The position numbers were made by a program, and so were the translations under genes. Positions 50,280 through 60,691 of a stretch of DNA of 64,000 nucleotides are shown here, one piece after another; within the stretch, counting starts at the first letter, position 1, and every line of letters starts with the position of its first letter. The notes beneath the pieces were generated by a model. That model was not told the origin of the DNA. It did not search any database and worked only from the letters and a program-made list of their open reading frames with translations. This stretch comes from a virus (lineage: Duplodnaviria > Caudoviricetes). The DNA lies in the IMG/VR virus record IMGVR_UViG_2974779332_000001, positions 69,091 through 133,090 of that record; one strand, 5' to 3'.

Positions 50280-50759
50280 GTGACACCAGTACAACCAATC
50301 GTGAGGTTTGAGGGCCAGTTCTTCTGGCTCTCTAACTTTTATGAGGTGCCTGTTAAGCTAGGCAACCTTACATTCGGTTCAACTGAGGCCGCGTTCCAAG
50401 GCTGTAAGTATAAAGCAGCACTTGTTGACCAGAAGGCCCAGTATGAATTTCTCCAGGACATGATTGCTGCTAACCCTAGCCAATCTAAGAAGCTTGGCAA
50501 GCGTCTGATGATAGACGTTGACAAGTGGGAGTCCATCAAGGTACGCTGTATGCGAGAGGTAGTCAAGGCTAAGTTCGACCAGCACCATGACCTGAGACAT
50601 CTATTGATGGGAACAGGCGCGGCACTTCTAGTAGAGGGTAATACCTGGGGCGATAAGTTCTGGGGTCGCTGTGATGGGAAGGGCATGAATGTCCTTGGCT
50701 CTATCTTGATGGAACTAAGAGGCTACTATTTCTGGAAGGAATACCAGAGCATATGGTGA
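50280..50759 (+). CDS. NADAR/YbiA-family ADP-ribosyl/N-glycosidase
   Basis: WLSNFY, EAAFQGCK, KFDQH, LVEGNTWGDKFWG, GMNVLGSILMELR. Confidence 0.88.
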   Translation: MTPVQPIVRFEGQFFWLSNFYEVPVKLGNLTFGSTEAAFQGCKYKAALVDQKAQYEFLQDMIAANPSQSKKLGKRLMIDVDKWESIKVRCMREVVKAKFDQHHDLRHLLMGTGAALLVEGNTWGDKFWGRCDGKGMNVLGSILMELRGYYFWKEYQSIW

Positions 50760-51092
50760 AGACCGTAAAGGTCACCCTCATTGGTGGTGTTGAAAAGGAA
50801 TACCGATTCAACACACGCACCACTCTCAAGGATGAGATTGTCTATCGCTCAAATAGCGGTAGAGAAGTTCGCATTCCAAAGGACAAGATTCTTGTTCTTG
50901 AGGAGAGCCCAGGGTGAGCGACTACACACTTCTTGTTTACACAAACGCAAACAAGACAGCGTGGGATGAGTATGTTCATGTCGAAGTTCATGGAATTAAG
51001 AATGGTTGTTTGTACATTCATTTCGTAAACAGAGAAGAACCCCACATCATTCCACTGCACGCATTCCATCTCGCTACCGTAATGGAGAAGTA

Positions 51093-51593
51093 ATGTCAGT
51101 CCTATCTGACATTCGCAGGATGGCTGGCCTGCCTGATGCCGAGGTGTCTAGCAGGTTTGCTGCTCTTGTGGATGGATACGTAAGAGAACTTAACGACCCA
51201 AAGAACAACAAGGGTAATCCTGGCATGGCCTCACAGCCTTCCAGGAGGGTCGGTAAAATTCGCAGAAAGAAGGGACAGCTAATCCCCTCACAGATTCTTT
51301 TCGCAATGCGAGAGAGTCTGTGGAAGATGGGCTGGACTCAAGGTGTCCTTCGTAATGCGGAGGGTCACATGTGCCTGCGTGGTGCTGCTGTATATATTAA
51401 CCTCAAGGGTTATGCACACAACGATGACTTGCAGATTGCTATTCAGTATCTGCATGACGAGGTTCGTAGTAAGAATGGAGATGCACGAAAGTACAACTTC
51501 ATTTACTGGAACAACGAATCAAAGCGCACACTGGCTGAAATTCTAAAGATACTAGAGGATTGTGGTAATCGTGCCAAACTCTCAGGAGAATGA
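51093..51593 (+). CDS. Hypothetical protein (DUF6197-like motif)
   Basis: GWTQG..GHMCLRGA..WNN. Confidence 0.5.
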   Translation: MSVLSDIRRMAGLPDAEVSSRFAALVDGYVRELNDPKNNKGNPGMASQPSRRVGKIRRKKGQLIPSQILFAMRESLWKMGWTQGVLRNAEGHMCLRGAAVYINLKGYAHNDDLQIAIQYLHDEVRSKNGDARKYNFIYWNNESKRTLAEILKILEDCGNRAKLSGE

Positions 51594-53192
51594 GCCACGT
51601 CCAGATGACCTCAACATTGTGCTTCCTGAGATTGATTGGGAAGGAATGGCAGAGGCTATTCGTGACATGGCAGAAGCATTCAGGGCAATTCGTCCACAGC
51701 TAGACGAAAGCTTCCAGCGAATCGGCCCGGAATCCAGTGGAGTACATCCGCTGCATCAAGCAAGACTAATCAATGAGGTAGAAGATATGGCAGTAGACAT
51801 CAGGCATGGTGAGTATCCTCGTCGTGATGGTGATGGAACCTATTGGTATGACCCATCAACATTGCACACTGATGAACCTGGCATTTGCTTCATGTGCAAG
51901 GCACCGACACACAGGCTAGACATTGATTATCATGGTCACTTCTGTGGCTCTGATGAGTGCAATGAGGCTGTGGTAAGGGACCTTGAGCGCCTGAATGGTG
52001 GCCCAGAAAATGGGTAAATACCGAATTCATCTCAGCCTGCTGTCAGGTAAAAAGATTTACTCTGACCCATTCCCATTCGAAAGTGATGAGTGGACGACAG
52101 AACAGGCAGAGGAGGTGATGGAGGGCATCATGGAAGCCGTTTGTTATGGTGCTCCACTAACTATCCTTGTTGATGGAATTAAGAGGAATTACCTCAATCA
52201 CGCCATTGAATCTCTTTGGTGGACTGACGGCAGTTGACAATCTCCTAATGTGTGCTTTAGCATGAAGACATTATGAGATATACAATTGTAAAGGAGCCTC
52301 TTAAAAGGGGCCGGAGCGTGGAGGGCTACAACTGGGCAGTTACTGATACTAAAGTAAACAAGGTTGTAGTCCGCTATGGTAATGAATTCAAAGCTGAATT
52401 CATCAAGGACACCTTCAACGAGGCGAATGTAAGCAGCAGATTCGAATTTGAAGTAGCTGGCACCGAGACCTTTGAAGACCTCGATGAGTCAGCATTCAAA
52501 GGGGAATGAATGCTAGAACAATTGGCTTGGCGATATCTGGCCCGGCGTATGAAAGTGCATCGCAAGGCTAAAAGACACCACCAAGCAGACCATATAAGAG
52601 CAGCACTAGCCACAAGGGAACAGAAGCAATGTAGTCTCTGTTGTATCCTTGAGAATACAGACTGGCTAGCATGGGCAACTAGGTTTGACCCAACGTCCGA
52701 CATGGACAAGGACAGTGAACTATATGCAGGTGTTATTGAAGATGAATCCCGGTTTGATGATGTGGTTCGGAGAACAGGTCTGGACTGACGAAGACTGGGA
52801 GGATTGGGATGACGATGAGGACTGGCCAGATGATGGCTGGTCCTTTTCGTTTTTGGTAGGGCGACAGAGAAGTCCGAATTTCTTAGTCTGATTTTGTTTT
52901 CATGATTTTTTAGTCATGAATTTTTAGTCAGACAGTGAGACGCGTAGCGTCTGCGTGCGCAGCACAAAACGCCCGGCAGGGAAGAGGCCCCTAACCCCTA
53001 TATACAATACCTTTTATCAACCATGTAACAAGACACACCTACTATATACACAAAGGCGTATGAAGCATAGAAGACAATGTAGCAGACATGCTGAGCTATG
53101 TCCTTGAGCATAGAGGTAGAGTATAAGGCTTGAATCTGATAGACAGAACAGCATGCCGCTTGTCAACTTTGATTGTGTTTGCACGTTAGCAC

Positions 53193-53257
53193 TTATCCAC
53201 AGGCTGAGGACTATCCTGTGGATAACTTTATGCAGCAGCACTATTTAGTTGTGCACA
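53193..53257. promoter_or_regulatory. DnaA-box cluster in a 1.2-kb non-coding gap
   Basis: TTATCCACA 53193, inverted TGTGGATAA 53217, TTGTGCACA 53249. Confidence 0.5.
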
Positions 53258-54158
53258 ATATAATAGTGAACTATGAGTATGTAATGGACAGGGACATTAC
53301 AAGTCTTAACAAGCATTTGACCACCACATTCCAAGCCCTATCAAGCATTCTGCCCCCGAATCCAAGGTAAATAAGGCTTTCAACCATCGATATTTTATGG
53401 CCAAAACAGCCCCAAAACGCTGAAAAATCACGATAAATCCCCCATTTCAAGGCAAAACGGACAGAAACGCCTGGTTTTCCCCACAATTTAACAGTCATTC
53501 GTAAAGAGACCCAAATCGGGGCATCATTCAGCCCCCAAATCTGACAGTCATCCCCCAAATCCATGGCAAAATACACTGTGATGCCTTAGAATCGAAGCCG
53601 GTAGCCTATGAATCGTAGATTGGGTGTCGATTCTCCCTATATACACGACACACTCCTTGATTGGATTGAGATGAGTGATAGATTTGGCCCGGTAATCGAA
53701 GGAACCCTTCGTAAATGAACCTATAAGTATCAACCCATTAGTAGAGTAGTTAGTTCTATGTATATAGGGGACAAGGACACCAACCACTACCGGCCCTCAA
53801 TCTCAGATTGTCTTGTCTCGCATGTATATAGCAGCACACAACACAAAAGCCACCCCGAAGGGTGGCTATTTTTACATCCAAATATCTCAGCAGAATTTTT
53901 CAAACTCTGGGGAAATTCAGCCCTTGCTTAAAGGGGAAATGTCTGGCAAAATTTGGAGTCCTTCGTAAAGGGGTTCCAATTCGGACATCCGCGACATATC
54001 GCTGTTGATATTGGGAGTGATTAGGTTACTTAGGCTAAGTAAGTGTCCGGGCCGGACAATTGAAAGGTCCCTGGGTTGCGGCCGACCTTCCGCTATTTAA
54101 CCCCTCGCCAGATTGACTGATAGGGGACCCAGGGACACACTTTGTACCTTACTCTTCT

Positions 54159-54187
54159 ATACTAGCAAGAGCCTGATAGCTTGTCAA
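54159..54187 (-). promoter_or_regulatory. sigma70-type promoter driving an ORF-less structured RNA
   Basis: Minus strand TTGACA-17 nt-TAGTAT. Confidence 0.7.
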
Positions 54188-54189
54188 CA

Positions 54190-54423
54190 TCACTTGGTGT
54201 AGTCAGGGAACAGACGTTCCAGCTCCCAGTCTTCCAAGAGATAGGCAGAGTGAGTGGGAGAGGGTACGGGGATACTGACAGCCCTTCCCCACATCTTTGC
54301 CGGTTCGTTCCACACCTTGCCGATGAAAGAGTTGGGAGTGATTCCTTCCACCTTGAAGTAGAAGCTACCCGAGAGAACCAGGTCGCCCATGGACAGTTCG
54401 ACACTTTCCTTTACCGGCTTCAT
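54190..54423 (-). CDS. Hypothetical cassette gene (probably leaderless)
   Basis: ATG directly after a TAGACT -10. Confidence 0.55.
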   Translation of the reverse strand: MKPVKESVELSMGDLVLSGSFYFKVEGITPNSFIGKVWNEPAKMWGRAVSIPVPSPTHSAYLLEDWELERLFPDYTK

Positions 54424-54535
54424 GAGTAGAGTCTATCAGTACAAGGAGGCCCTGTCTACCCACCGGGCCATCTGTCCGCCCCGGCCAAAATCCCCTAAAC
54501 CCTTTCGGGCCTAGGGGACTCGGACCTTTCCTGGA

Positions 54536-55548
54536 TTAGCTGGCCAGGGCCAGGACCGCCTTACGGATGCGGTTCTTCTCGACGTTCACGACCGGGTCGA
54601 AACCGCTCGCAGCGATGAACAGGTTGTCCACGTTGCCCCCGCGCGGCATACGGTACCAGTCGATACGCTCGGTCAGCGCGTTGAGAGCACCGGCCATCGT
54701 GCCACCCAGAGACTGAGTGGTCTTGGGACCCTCACCCGTGTCGGTGAAGATGCCCATCAGGATGTCCCGCTTGCTCTCCCACTTGACCATGGAACCCTTC
54801 ACGTCCTTCTCAGGACGCGGGTACAGGTCCGCAATCAGAGCGTCGAACTGGTCCTTCGTGCACTTGGCAGCGGCCAGAGCGGTCATCTCACGCTCGAACT
54901 CATCCGCGTACGCGAACGTGATGTTCAGAGCCTCGCGCGCCTGCGCCATGCGACCCTCAATGGTCTGCGTGTGGCGCATCTTGAACTGCTGCTTCACACC
55001 GTTACGGAGTGCGAAGTTCAGCGTGTTCTGACACACGACGCGAACCGGAGTGATGGACGCCTGGACGGCAACGGAGCCGTCGTGAGAGGTGTTGACCAAG
55101 AGATACATCTTGGTCACGTCGTTGTCACCGATGACGATGTCACGAGAGATGGACAGAGAACCGAACACCACGCGACCGTCACGGATGGAACCAGCCGTCT
55201 CCCACGTGCCACCACCCGCGAGGATGCCGTCACCGAAGCCGAACAGCTCCTCATTCTGGACGACCTTGTACCCTCGCCCACGGTGGCCAGAACGTCGTTC
55301 CGACCGTTGAACGGGTTGGTACGGACGACCATGTACGGCTCCGTGACGAAGTCGTAGTTGTCGGAAATCATGCCAAGGATGTCCTTGACGGATTCCAGTC
55401 GAACGTCCCAGCCGTTGAGGTGGGCCAGCGCCAGCATTTCGCTGGTCGTCAGCTCACCCTCGAACACGGTTCCGAGGTTGTGCCACGCGGGCTCGTTGCG
55501 AGAAGCGAACGCGACCTGACCCTTGGAACCAATCTCAAGACCGTGCAT
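54536..55548 (-). pseudogene. DUF932/DUF945 (TIGR03299-like) protein split by a 1-nt frameshift near 55272
   Basis: N part PAWHNLG..LATVGE; continues in another frame as YKVVQNEE..ETAGS..SHDGS..TPVRVVCQNTL..RHT. Confidence 0.75.
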
Positions 55549-55740
55549 TTTTGCCTCCATGGCAGATTGGTGTAAGGGCCGGTTTCCCTGCCCTTCGATG
55601 TCTCTAGTCTAGCAGTAGTCTGGGGGCGATGTCTACCCACCTGGTGTGTCTGCTATGTCCGTTTTGCCCTTTATGTTCCGGCCGCCCCGGACACACGAAA
55701 GCCCCTCCGAAGAGGGGCAGTGTGTCTAACCTACTAGAGA

Positions 55741-56178
55741 TTAGAAGGGCGGCTCGTCGCTGTAGTAGGAACCGGCCGCGTCCAGCTTCCGGCAGTAGTC
55801 GTCCACGATGTCCTTCGTGTCCTTGAGACCGAGACCGGTCATGGCGCGCAGCTCCTTGATGACCGGAATCTTCCGGTCGGAACCGTGCTTGACCACGATG
55901 GAAGCGACGTTGTCGTGGGCGCGCTGTACGGCCATCTCGTAGACCCGACGCAGCTTCGTCAGCTCCCACTCGTCGGGCGTGGGAACGGAGACCAGGGACT
56001 TGCCGACCTCGTGACCGGACTTGTAGCCCTCGTCGTAGCTGCTGTTGCTGACCTCGTTGACCTTGCTCTGGTGCAGGGCCAGGATGTCACGGGCCATGCT
56101 GACCGCGTCGTTCAGGGAGAGCGTGGAGTCGCTACGCTCGTTCAGGATGTCGATGATGTCGCCGAGGTGCATGACCAC
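55741..56178 (-). CDS. Protein with C-terminal ribosomal bL12 (L7/L12)-like domain
   Basis: KIPVIKELRAMTGLGLKDTKDIVD. Confidence 0.75.
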   Translation of the reverse strand: MVMHLGDIIDILNERSDSTLSLNDAVSMARDILALHQSKVNEVSNSSYDEGYKSGHEVGKSLVSVPTPDEWELTKLRRVYEMAVQRAHDNVASIVVKHGSDRKIPVIKELRAMTGLGLKDTKDIVDDYCRKLDAAGSYYSDEPPF

Positions 56179-56295
56179 TCCTTCTCTTAGGGGCTCCTTG
56201 CCCCTTTCGATGTCTCTATCTTAGCAGTACAAGGGCTCTGTGTCTACCGGTCGAAATTTGTCCGGGCCCGACAGGGCCCCGAAGGGCCCTGTGGA

Positions 56296-56736
56296 TTACC
56301 AGCGGACACCCACACCCTCACCGGAGATGGATTCCACGATGTACTTCGCGGTACGCAGGTCCAGGGTGGGAAAGTTCTGTCGCAGGTGCTTGATGCACCG
56401 AATCTTGGTGTTCAGGTCGTAGTGGCTGAACTCACCATTGGCCCAGATGCTCGCACGGGTGACCAACTGCGTGTGGTCCTGCTCAGCGGTGTAGTTCGCG
56501 TTCCGCTGTCCCGAACGTCGCCCCGCCTCGAAACCCTCGTCATAGGCGTGCGTGACGCGCGTGTCGGTCTCCTTACGGGCCAGGTCCCAGGCGTTGTTTT
56601 CCACCTCGATGACCCGCTGCGAGTGCAGGTCTTCCACGATGCGGGCGACCTCGAACGCCTTCTTGAGGCTCATCCGGATGCCGTTGTTGTGGAAGATGCG
56701 AACGAGACGGTCCGAGTCCAGGGTCCACAGCGACAT
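56296..56736 (-). CDS. Paralog with divergent bL12-like C-terminal domain
   Basis: KIRCIKHLRQNFPTLDLRTAKYIVE; shared N-terminus and YDEG motif. Confidence 0.6.
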   Translation of the reverse strand: MSLWTLDSDRLVRIFHNNGIRMSLKKAFEVARIVEDLHSQRVIEVENNAWDLARKETDTRVTHAYDEGFEAGRRSGQRNANYTAEQDHTQLVTRASIWANGEFSHYDLNTKIRCIKHLRQNFPTLDLRTAKYIVESISGEGVGVRW

Positions 56737-56870
56737 GATGTCCTCCTGTCTTAGGGAGCTTGTCTCCCTTTCGATGTACTAAGCTTAGCAGCCATCGGGA
56801 GCAGATACAAGCCCAAAGCCAAAGTGTCCGGGCCCGACACGGGCCCCTCATGTCAAGGGGCCCGGCAGGG

Positions 56871-57206
56871 TTAGGGGTTCGTGTTCCCTCTCTTGAGAAT
56901 GATTTGTTCGATGACGAATTTGGCATCCATCATTCGATTGAACTCAGCGTCAGAGCGGCTTTCCTTTCTGCCTGCCCATGCATTCATGATAGCCACCACG
57001 AATGCGAACAGAACATCTTGCACAGGCTCAGGGTAGGTAGTCAGGAGGTAGGCGAATGCATTCACGTCGAATGAACGCTTATCCATTTCCTCCATAAGCC
57101 TGTTTGCCAGTCGCTCATACGAGCCAGGGCGAGGGTTGACCAGTCGCGCACCCTCATACATGTCAGGCACAATCAGACTGGTCTGACGGAAGGGGTCACG
57201 TGCCAT
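56871..57206 (-). CDS. Hypothetical protein
   Basis: GAGG RBS; 111 aa. Confidence 0.55.
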   Translation of the reverse strand: MARDPFRQTSLIVPDMYEGARLVNPRPGSYERLANRLMEEMDKRSFDVNAFAYLLTTYPEPVQDVLFAFVVAIMNAWAGRKESRSDAEFNRMMDAKFVIEQIILKRGNTNP

Positions 57207-57366
57207 CGAAATCCTCTGTTGTACCGTAGCCGTCAGATACGCTCACAGACAGGCCCAGCACCTTTGCCAGAAACTCGGCCGTAGCCGTAGCAAAGGGCCA
57301 GGCCCCATCGTGGGCGTCATCATCAGGAGTCTCAATTTCCAGGATGATGTTCGCCATGTCCCTATC

Positions 57367-57882
57367 CTATCGCGTGTGAACCTCAACGTCCATCCCGAGC
57401 ACCACGGGGGAGCCGCAGTGGCAGTGAGACAGGGAGTAACCGCACTTGCAGACCTCCCGCTCACTCAGGACGATACGCTTGTTGCCGTACCAGGCGGTGT
57501 ACTCCGTACGGCTGGAACGGGTCGGGGCAGCGTGCGGACGCACGTCCTTACCGGTCACCTTGACGTGAACACCCGGCTCAGCGGGCTTGACGTCCGGGTT
57601 GTCCGCCTTGTAAGCGGCCAGCACCTCAGCGGAGAGGCGACCACGGGCGGACACGGTGAGACCCTTGGAAGCGGCCCATGCGCGAACGGTCTTGGCATCG
57701 AACTGTCCCGCCTTGGGAGCGGAAGCGACGACCTTGCGCGGAGTGGCGTTGGTGTCAGAGAACACCTTGCCCTCACCCTCAGCCTTGGCAATGGCCGCGT
57801 GCGCTTCGGCACTCATCCGGCCACGGGCGTCAGCCTTGGCGAGACCCAGCGAAGCGGCGTAGGCGCGACGGGTCATGTTCAT
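57367..57882 (-). CDS. lsr2: Lsr2-like DNA-binding protein with two RGR-type domains and a Cys-rich tail
   Basis: VRAWAASKGLTVSARGRLSAEVLAAY; N-terminal RAYAASLG..ARGRMSAEA; CKCGY..CHC. Confidence 0.8.
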   Translation of the reverse strand: MNMTRRAYAASLGLAKADARGRMSAEAHAAIAKAEGEGKVFSDTNATPRKVVASAPKAGQFDAKTVRAWAASKGLTVSARGRLSAEVLAAYKADNPDVKPAEPGVHVKVTGKDVRPHAAPTRSSRTEYTAWYGNKRIVLSEREVCKCGYSLSHCHCGSPVVLGMDVEVHTR

Positions 57883-58006
57883 TGTGGGTTCCTCTCCCTT
57901 GGTGATGTCTCTAGTCTAAGGCATGGAAGGGGGCCGCGTCAACACGTCTAAATGTCCGTTTTGCCCCAAATGCCGGTTGTCCGGGGCGGCCCGAAGGCCC
58001 CCGCTG

Positions 58007-58741
58007 TCAAGCCTTACGACGACGGGGAACCTTGGACGCGAAACGAATGTCAGCCTTACCAAAGATGCAAAGGCCGCATGTGAAGCACGCACCACCCTTT
58101 TCGGTGATAAGGGGAATGCGCTTGGCATTCTCAGGGCAAATAGCGCCAGGCTTGCCAGTCTCGGCAAGCATGAATTCCTTACCCTGGTCATGCGTTTCTG
58201 CCAGATAGGCAAGACGCACAAAGGGGTAAATCTCCTGAGTACCCAACGCAGCCTCTTTGTTCTCACTGTCTACACTCAGGTACACAGAGAGGTTAGGCAC
58301 ATCTTCCAGATAGGCCACGTACGCGAACGAACGTGTGTAAATCCAGAATTGCACGTCAGGGAATCGCTTGCACGTTTCCGCAAGGGCGTACGCGTAGTCA
58401 GAGGAAAAGATATCCCCATCGGCGTGCCAGCGGAATACCTTACTGATGTTGTGCTTTGCGCATTCCTGCGAGAATTCCGCAATCATGTCAGTGAGCAGAG
58501 AAATCATCTCACCGATAGTTGCATCCTTCAACAGGTTCCAATTGTGCAATGCCAACTCACGGAATGCCGGATACATCTTTTCCAGCTTACCGGCATAGCA
58601 GACGCCTTCACATACACTTGTTGCGCCGGGGCAAGAATAGACCTTGCCACTGGGCAAAGAAAATGCATTCCTGAGAAGGGACTGAGTGCCAGCCTTGTTG
58701 ACACGCGCAGTCGTCTTGCGGTCGTGAGAGCGCTTGAGCAT
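58007..58741 (-). CDS. Gp88-like (radical-SAM-related Fe-S) protein
   Basis: FSLP..CPGATSVCEGVCYA, FRWHADGDI, FWIYTR, NLSVYLSVD, C..C..C. Confidence 0.7.
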   Translation of the reverse strand: MLKRSHDRKTTARVNKAGTQSLLRNAFSLPSGKVYSCPGATSVCEGVCYAGKLEKMYPAFRELALHNWNLLKDATIGEMISLLTDMIAEFSQECAKHNISKVFRWHADGDIFSSDYAYALAETCKRFPDVQFWIYTRSFAYVAYLEDVPNLSVYLSVDSENKEAALGTQEIYPFVRLAYLAETHDQGKEFMLAETGKPGAICPENAKRIPLITEKGGACFTCGLCIFGKADIRFASKVPRRRKA

Positions 58742-58841
58742 GGCAGTCCTTTCGTTGACGTAAGACGAGTCTAGCAGACATGAGGGACGTAAACAAGCCC
58801 TCGATATGTCCGATTTGCCCGTTGTCCGTCCCCGACAGGGG

Positions 58842-59036
58842 CTAGAGGATAACGACGGAACGGTGAGAAGCATATGAGATTAGGTTCTCACGCTCAGTGG
58901 CTTCGTTGTAGAAAATCACCATTCGCTTGCCGCTGTAAGAGCCGATGTCACGAACGATGTGACCTTCCATGTAATATCCGCTATCGAAACGGACGCGCTC
59001 GTTGGGCTTGATTTCAGAAAAAGCCTTACGCTGCAT
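58842..59036 (-). CDS. Hypothetical small protein
   Basis: GGAGG RBS; coupled to the ParB-like gene. Confidence 0.5.
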   Translation of the reverse strand: MQRKAFSEIKPNERVRFDSGYYMEGHIVRDIGSYSGKRMVIFYNEATERENLISYASHRSVVIL

Positions 59037-59331
59037 TGCGTTCCTCCGAGCTGTAGGGCAGTTCCGTGTTACGAACAATGGTGCCAAGAGAGACAGCGTT
59101 GATTGTCTTGTGACCAAGAATCCAAGCCATCACAACACGATGCTGACCATTGTACACAGTGCCATTCTGAAAGTTGATAGGCATCTGAATTCCGTCACGC
59201 TCGCATGACTCAATGAATTCATCGCTCATCTCAAAGAAAAGCTGAGTGAACAGGTCCATCGTGCTCTGACCTTCCTCGCGGTCTGCGAAGTCGGCACGGG
59301 CAACGATTGCGTCTACACTCAGCTTCCTCAT
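59026..59331 (-). CDS. ParB/sulfiredoxin-like domain protein
   Basis: DGIQMPI..VYNGQHRV. Confidence 0.65.
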   Translation of the reverse strand: MRKLSVDAIVARADFADREEGQSTMDLFTQLFFEMSDEFIESCERDGIQMPINFQNGTVYNGQHRVVMAWILGHKTINAVSLGTIVRNTELPYSSEERNAA

Positions 59332-59561
59332 GTTGTAGAGTCTAGCAGACATGACAGGCATACACAAGCACCAATTTCTGTCCGGGCCGGACATGACTAA
59401 GGGCCCCCGAAGGGGCCCGGTGGTCAGAAGAGAATCAGAAGAATGAACAGGGCTACGATGAGCCACACCCAACCATCACGCATTCTCGCACACCTCCCTG
59501 TACCATGCGAAGTGACAGTACAGATAGAAGTGAAGCCATGTTGCGAAAGCCATTACTACTC

Positions 59562-59870
59562 CTACTCGAACAGGCAGATTTCTGCCTCATCGAATTGCAC
59601 GTACCATTCGGTCGTGTACTCGATGTCTTCAATGTTCAAAAGCCACGCGCACAGAATCCTGTGGTGACCCTCATAGACCTTGTTCTCATCGGGCTGATAC
59701 ATGATGGGAGTCTGAATCCCATCGGCCTGAATTGATTCAAGGAAGGTAGGGTTACCAATGAAGAGGTCATCGAACTTCTCTTCGAGCATCTGCCAGGTGG
59801 TGTGGCCCTTGGCCTCAGCATCATTGAAGATAGCCGACTCAATCAGCTTCGCAACAGATACCTTGGCCAT
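59562..59870 (-). CDS. ParB/sulfiredoxin-like domain protein (paralog)
   Basis: SIQADGIQTPI..VYEGHHRI. Confidence 0.7.
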   Translation of the reverse strand: MAKVSVAKLIESAIFNDAEAKGHTTWQMLEEKFDDLFIGNPTFLESIQADGIQTPIMYQPDENKVYEGHHRILCAWLLNIEDIEYTTEWYVQFDEAEICLFE

Positions 59871-60387
59871 GACCCCTCCTTGGCTTGATAAGACTACTCT
59901 ACACGACTACAGGGGCTATGTCTAGTGCCGGGCCAAACTGTCCGGGGCGGCCAAAAGGGGCCCCGAAGGGCCCCCAATGGGTTTGTCAGTCCTCGGAAGT
60001 GTCCTTGCTGCTGACCGCCTTGCCCTTCTTGAGAAGGGAAGCGTCACCGAGATTGACCTTACGCCGGGGACGCCCGACGTGAACGCTGGGGAAACGGGAC
60101 AGAACGTCACGGGCACGGGTCTCGTCGGCTTCCAGGATGTCGAACCGCTGGAACGGAGCCTTAGTGGCCACCTCACCGAACACGATGTCCACGCCCTGGA
60201 CAATCATGGCCACACGGAGGGAGAGAGCGTGACGAACGGGAACGATACCGGCAATCATGTGCACTCCTGTGCTAGAAGTAAGCTGGGGTATTCAGTTATC
60301 AGAGACTTTGGCAGGAAGGGAAAAACCTCGTCTTGCGAGGCCCTGTGGCCTGTCCCCTTGTGCTTAGCTAGAGTCTAGCAGGCTGAC

Positions 60388-60561
60388 CTACTCGCAGTCA
60401 ACCAGAATCTCCATGTCGTCCAGGTGGGCGTCAGGAGCCGGGTCGAACTCAAGGAACGTGTCCTCGAAGATGACCATCCAGGCGTAGCCCTCACGGTTCT
60501 TCGGGTTGCACTTGCCACGGTGCATGTCACCCATTGCCGCGCCACACTCGATGCACTTCAT
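60388..60561 (-). CDS. Small Zn-binding cassette protein
   Basis: MKCIECG..H..C; own promoter and RBS. Confidence 0.5.
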   Translation of the reverse strand: MKCIECGAAMGDMHRGKCNPKNREGYAWMVIFEDTFLEFDPAPDAHLDDMEILVDCE

Positions 60562-60691
60562 GAGGTTCTTTCCTCCCTCTCGATGTTCTAAGTCTACACT
60601 AGAGATGCGACAGACACAACACCCAATATTCGTTAGGCTTGCTAAGGTGTCCGGGCCCGACACGGGCCCCGAAGGGCCCGGCGGGAAGAGA

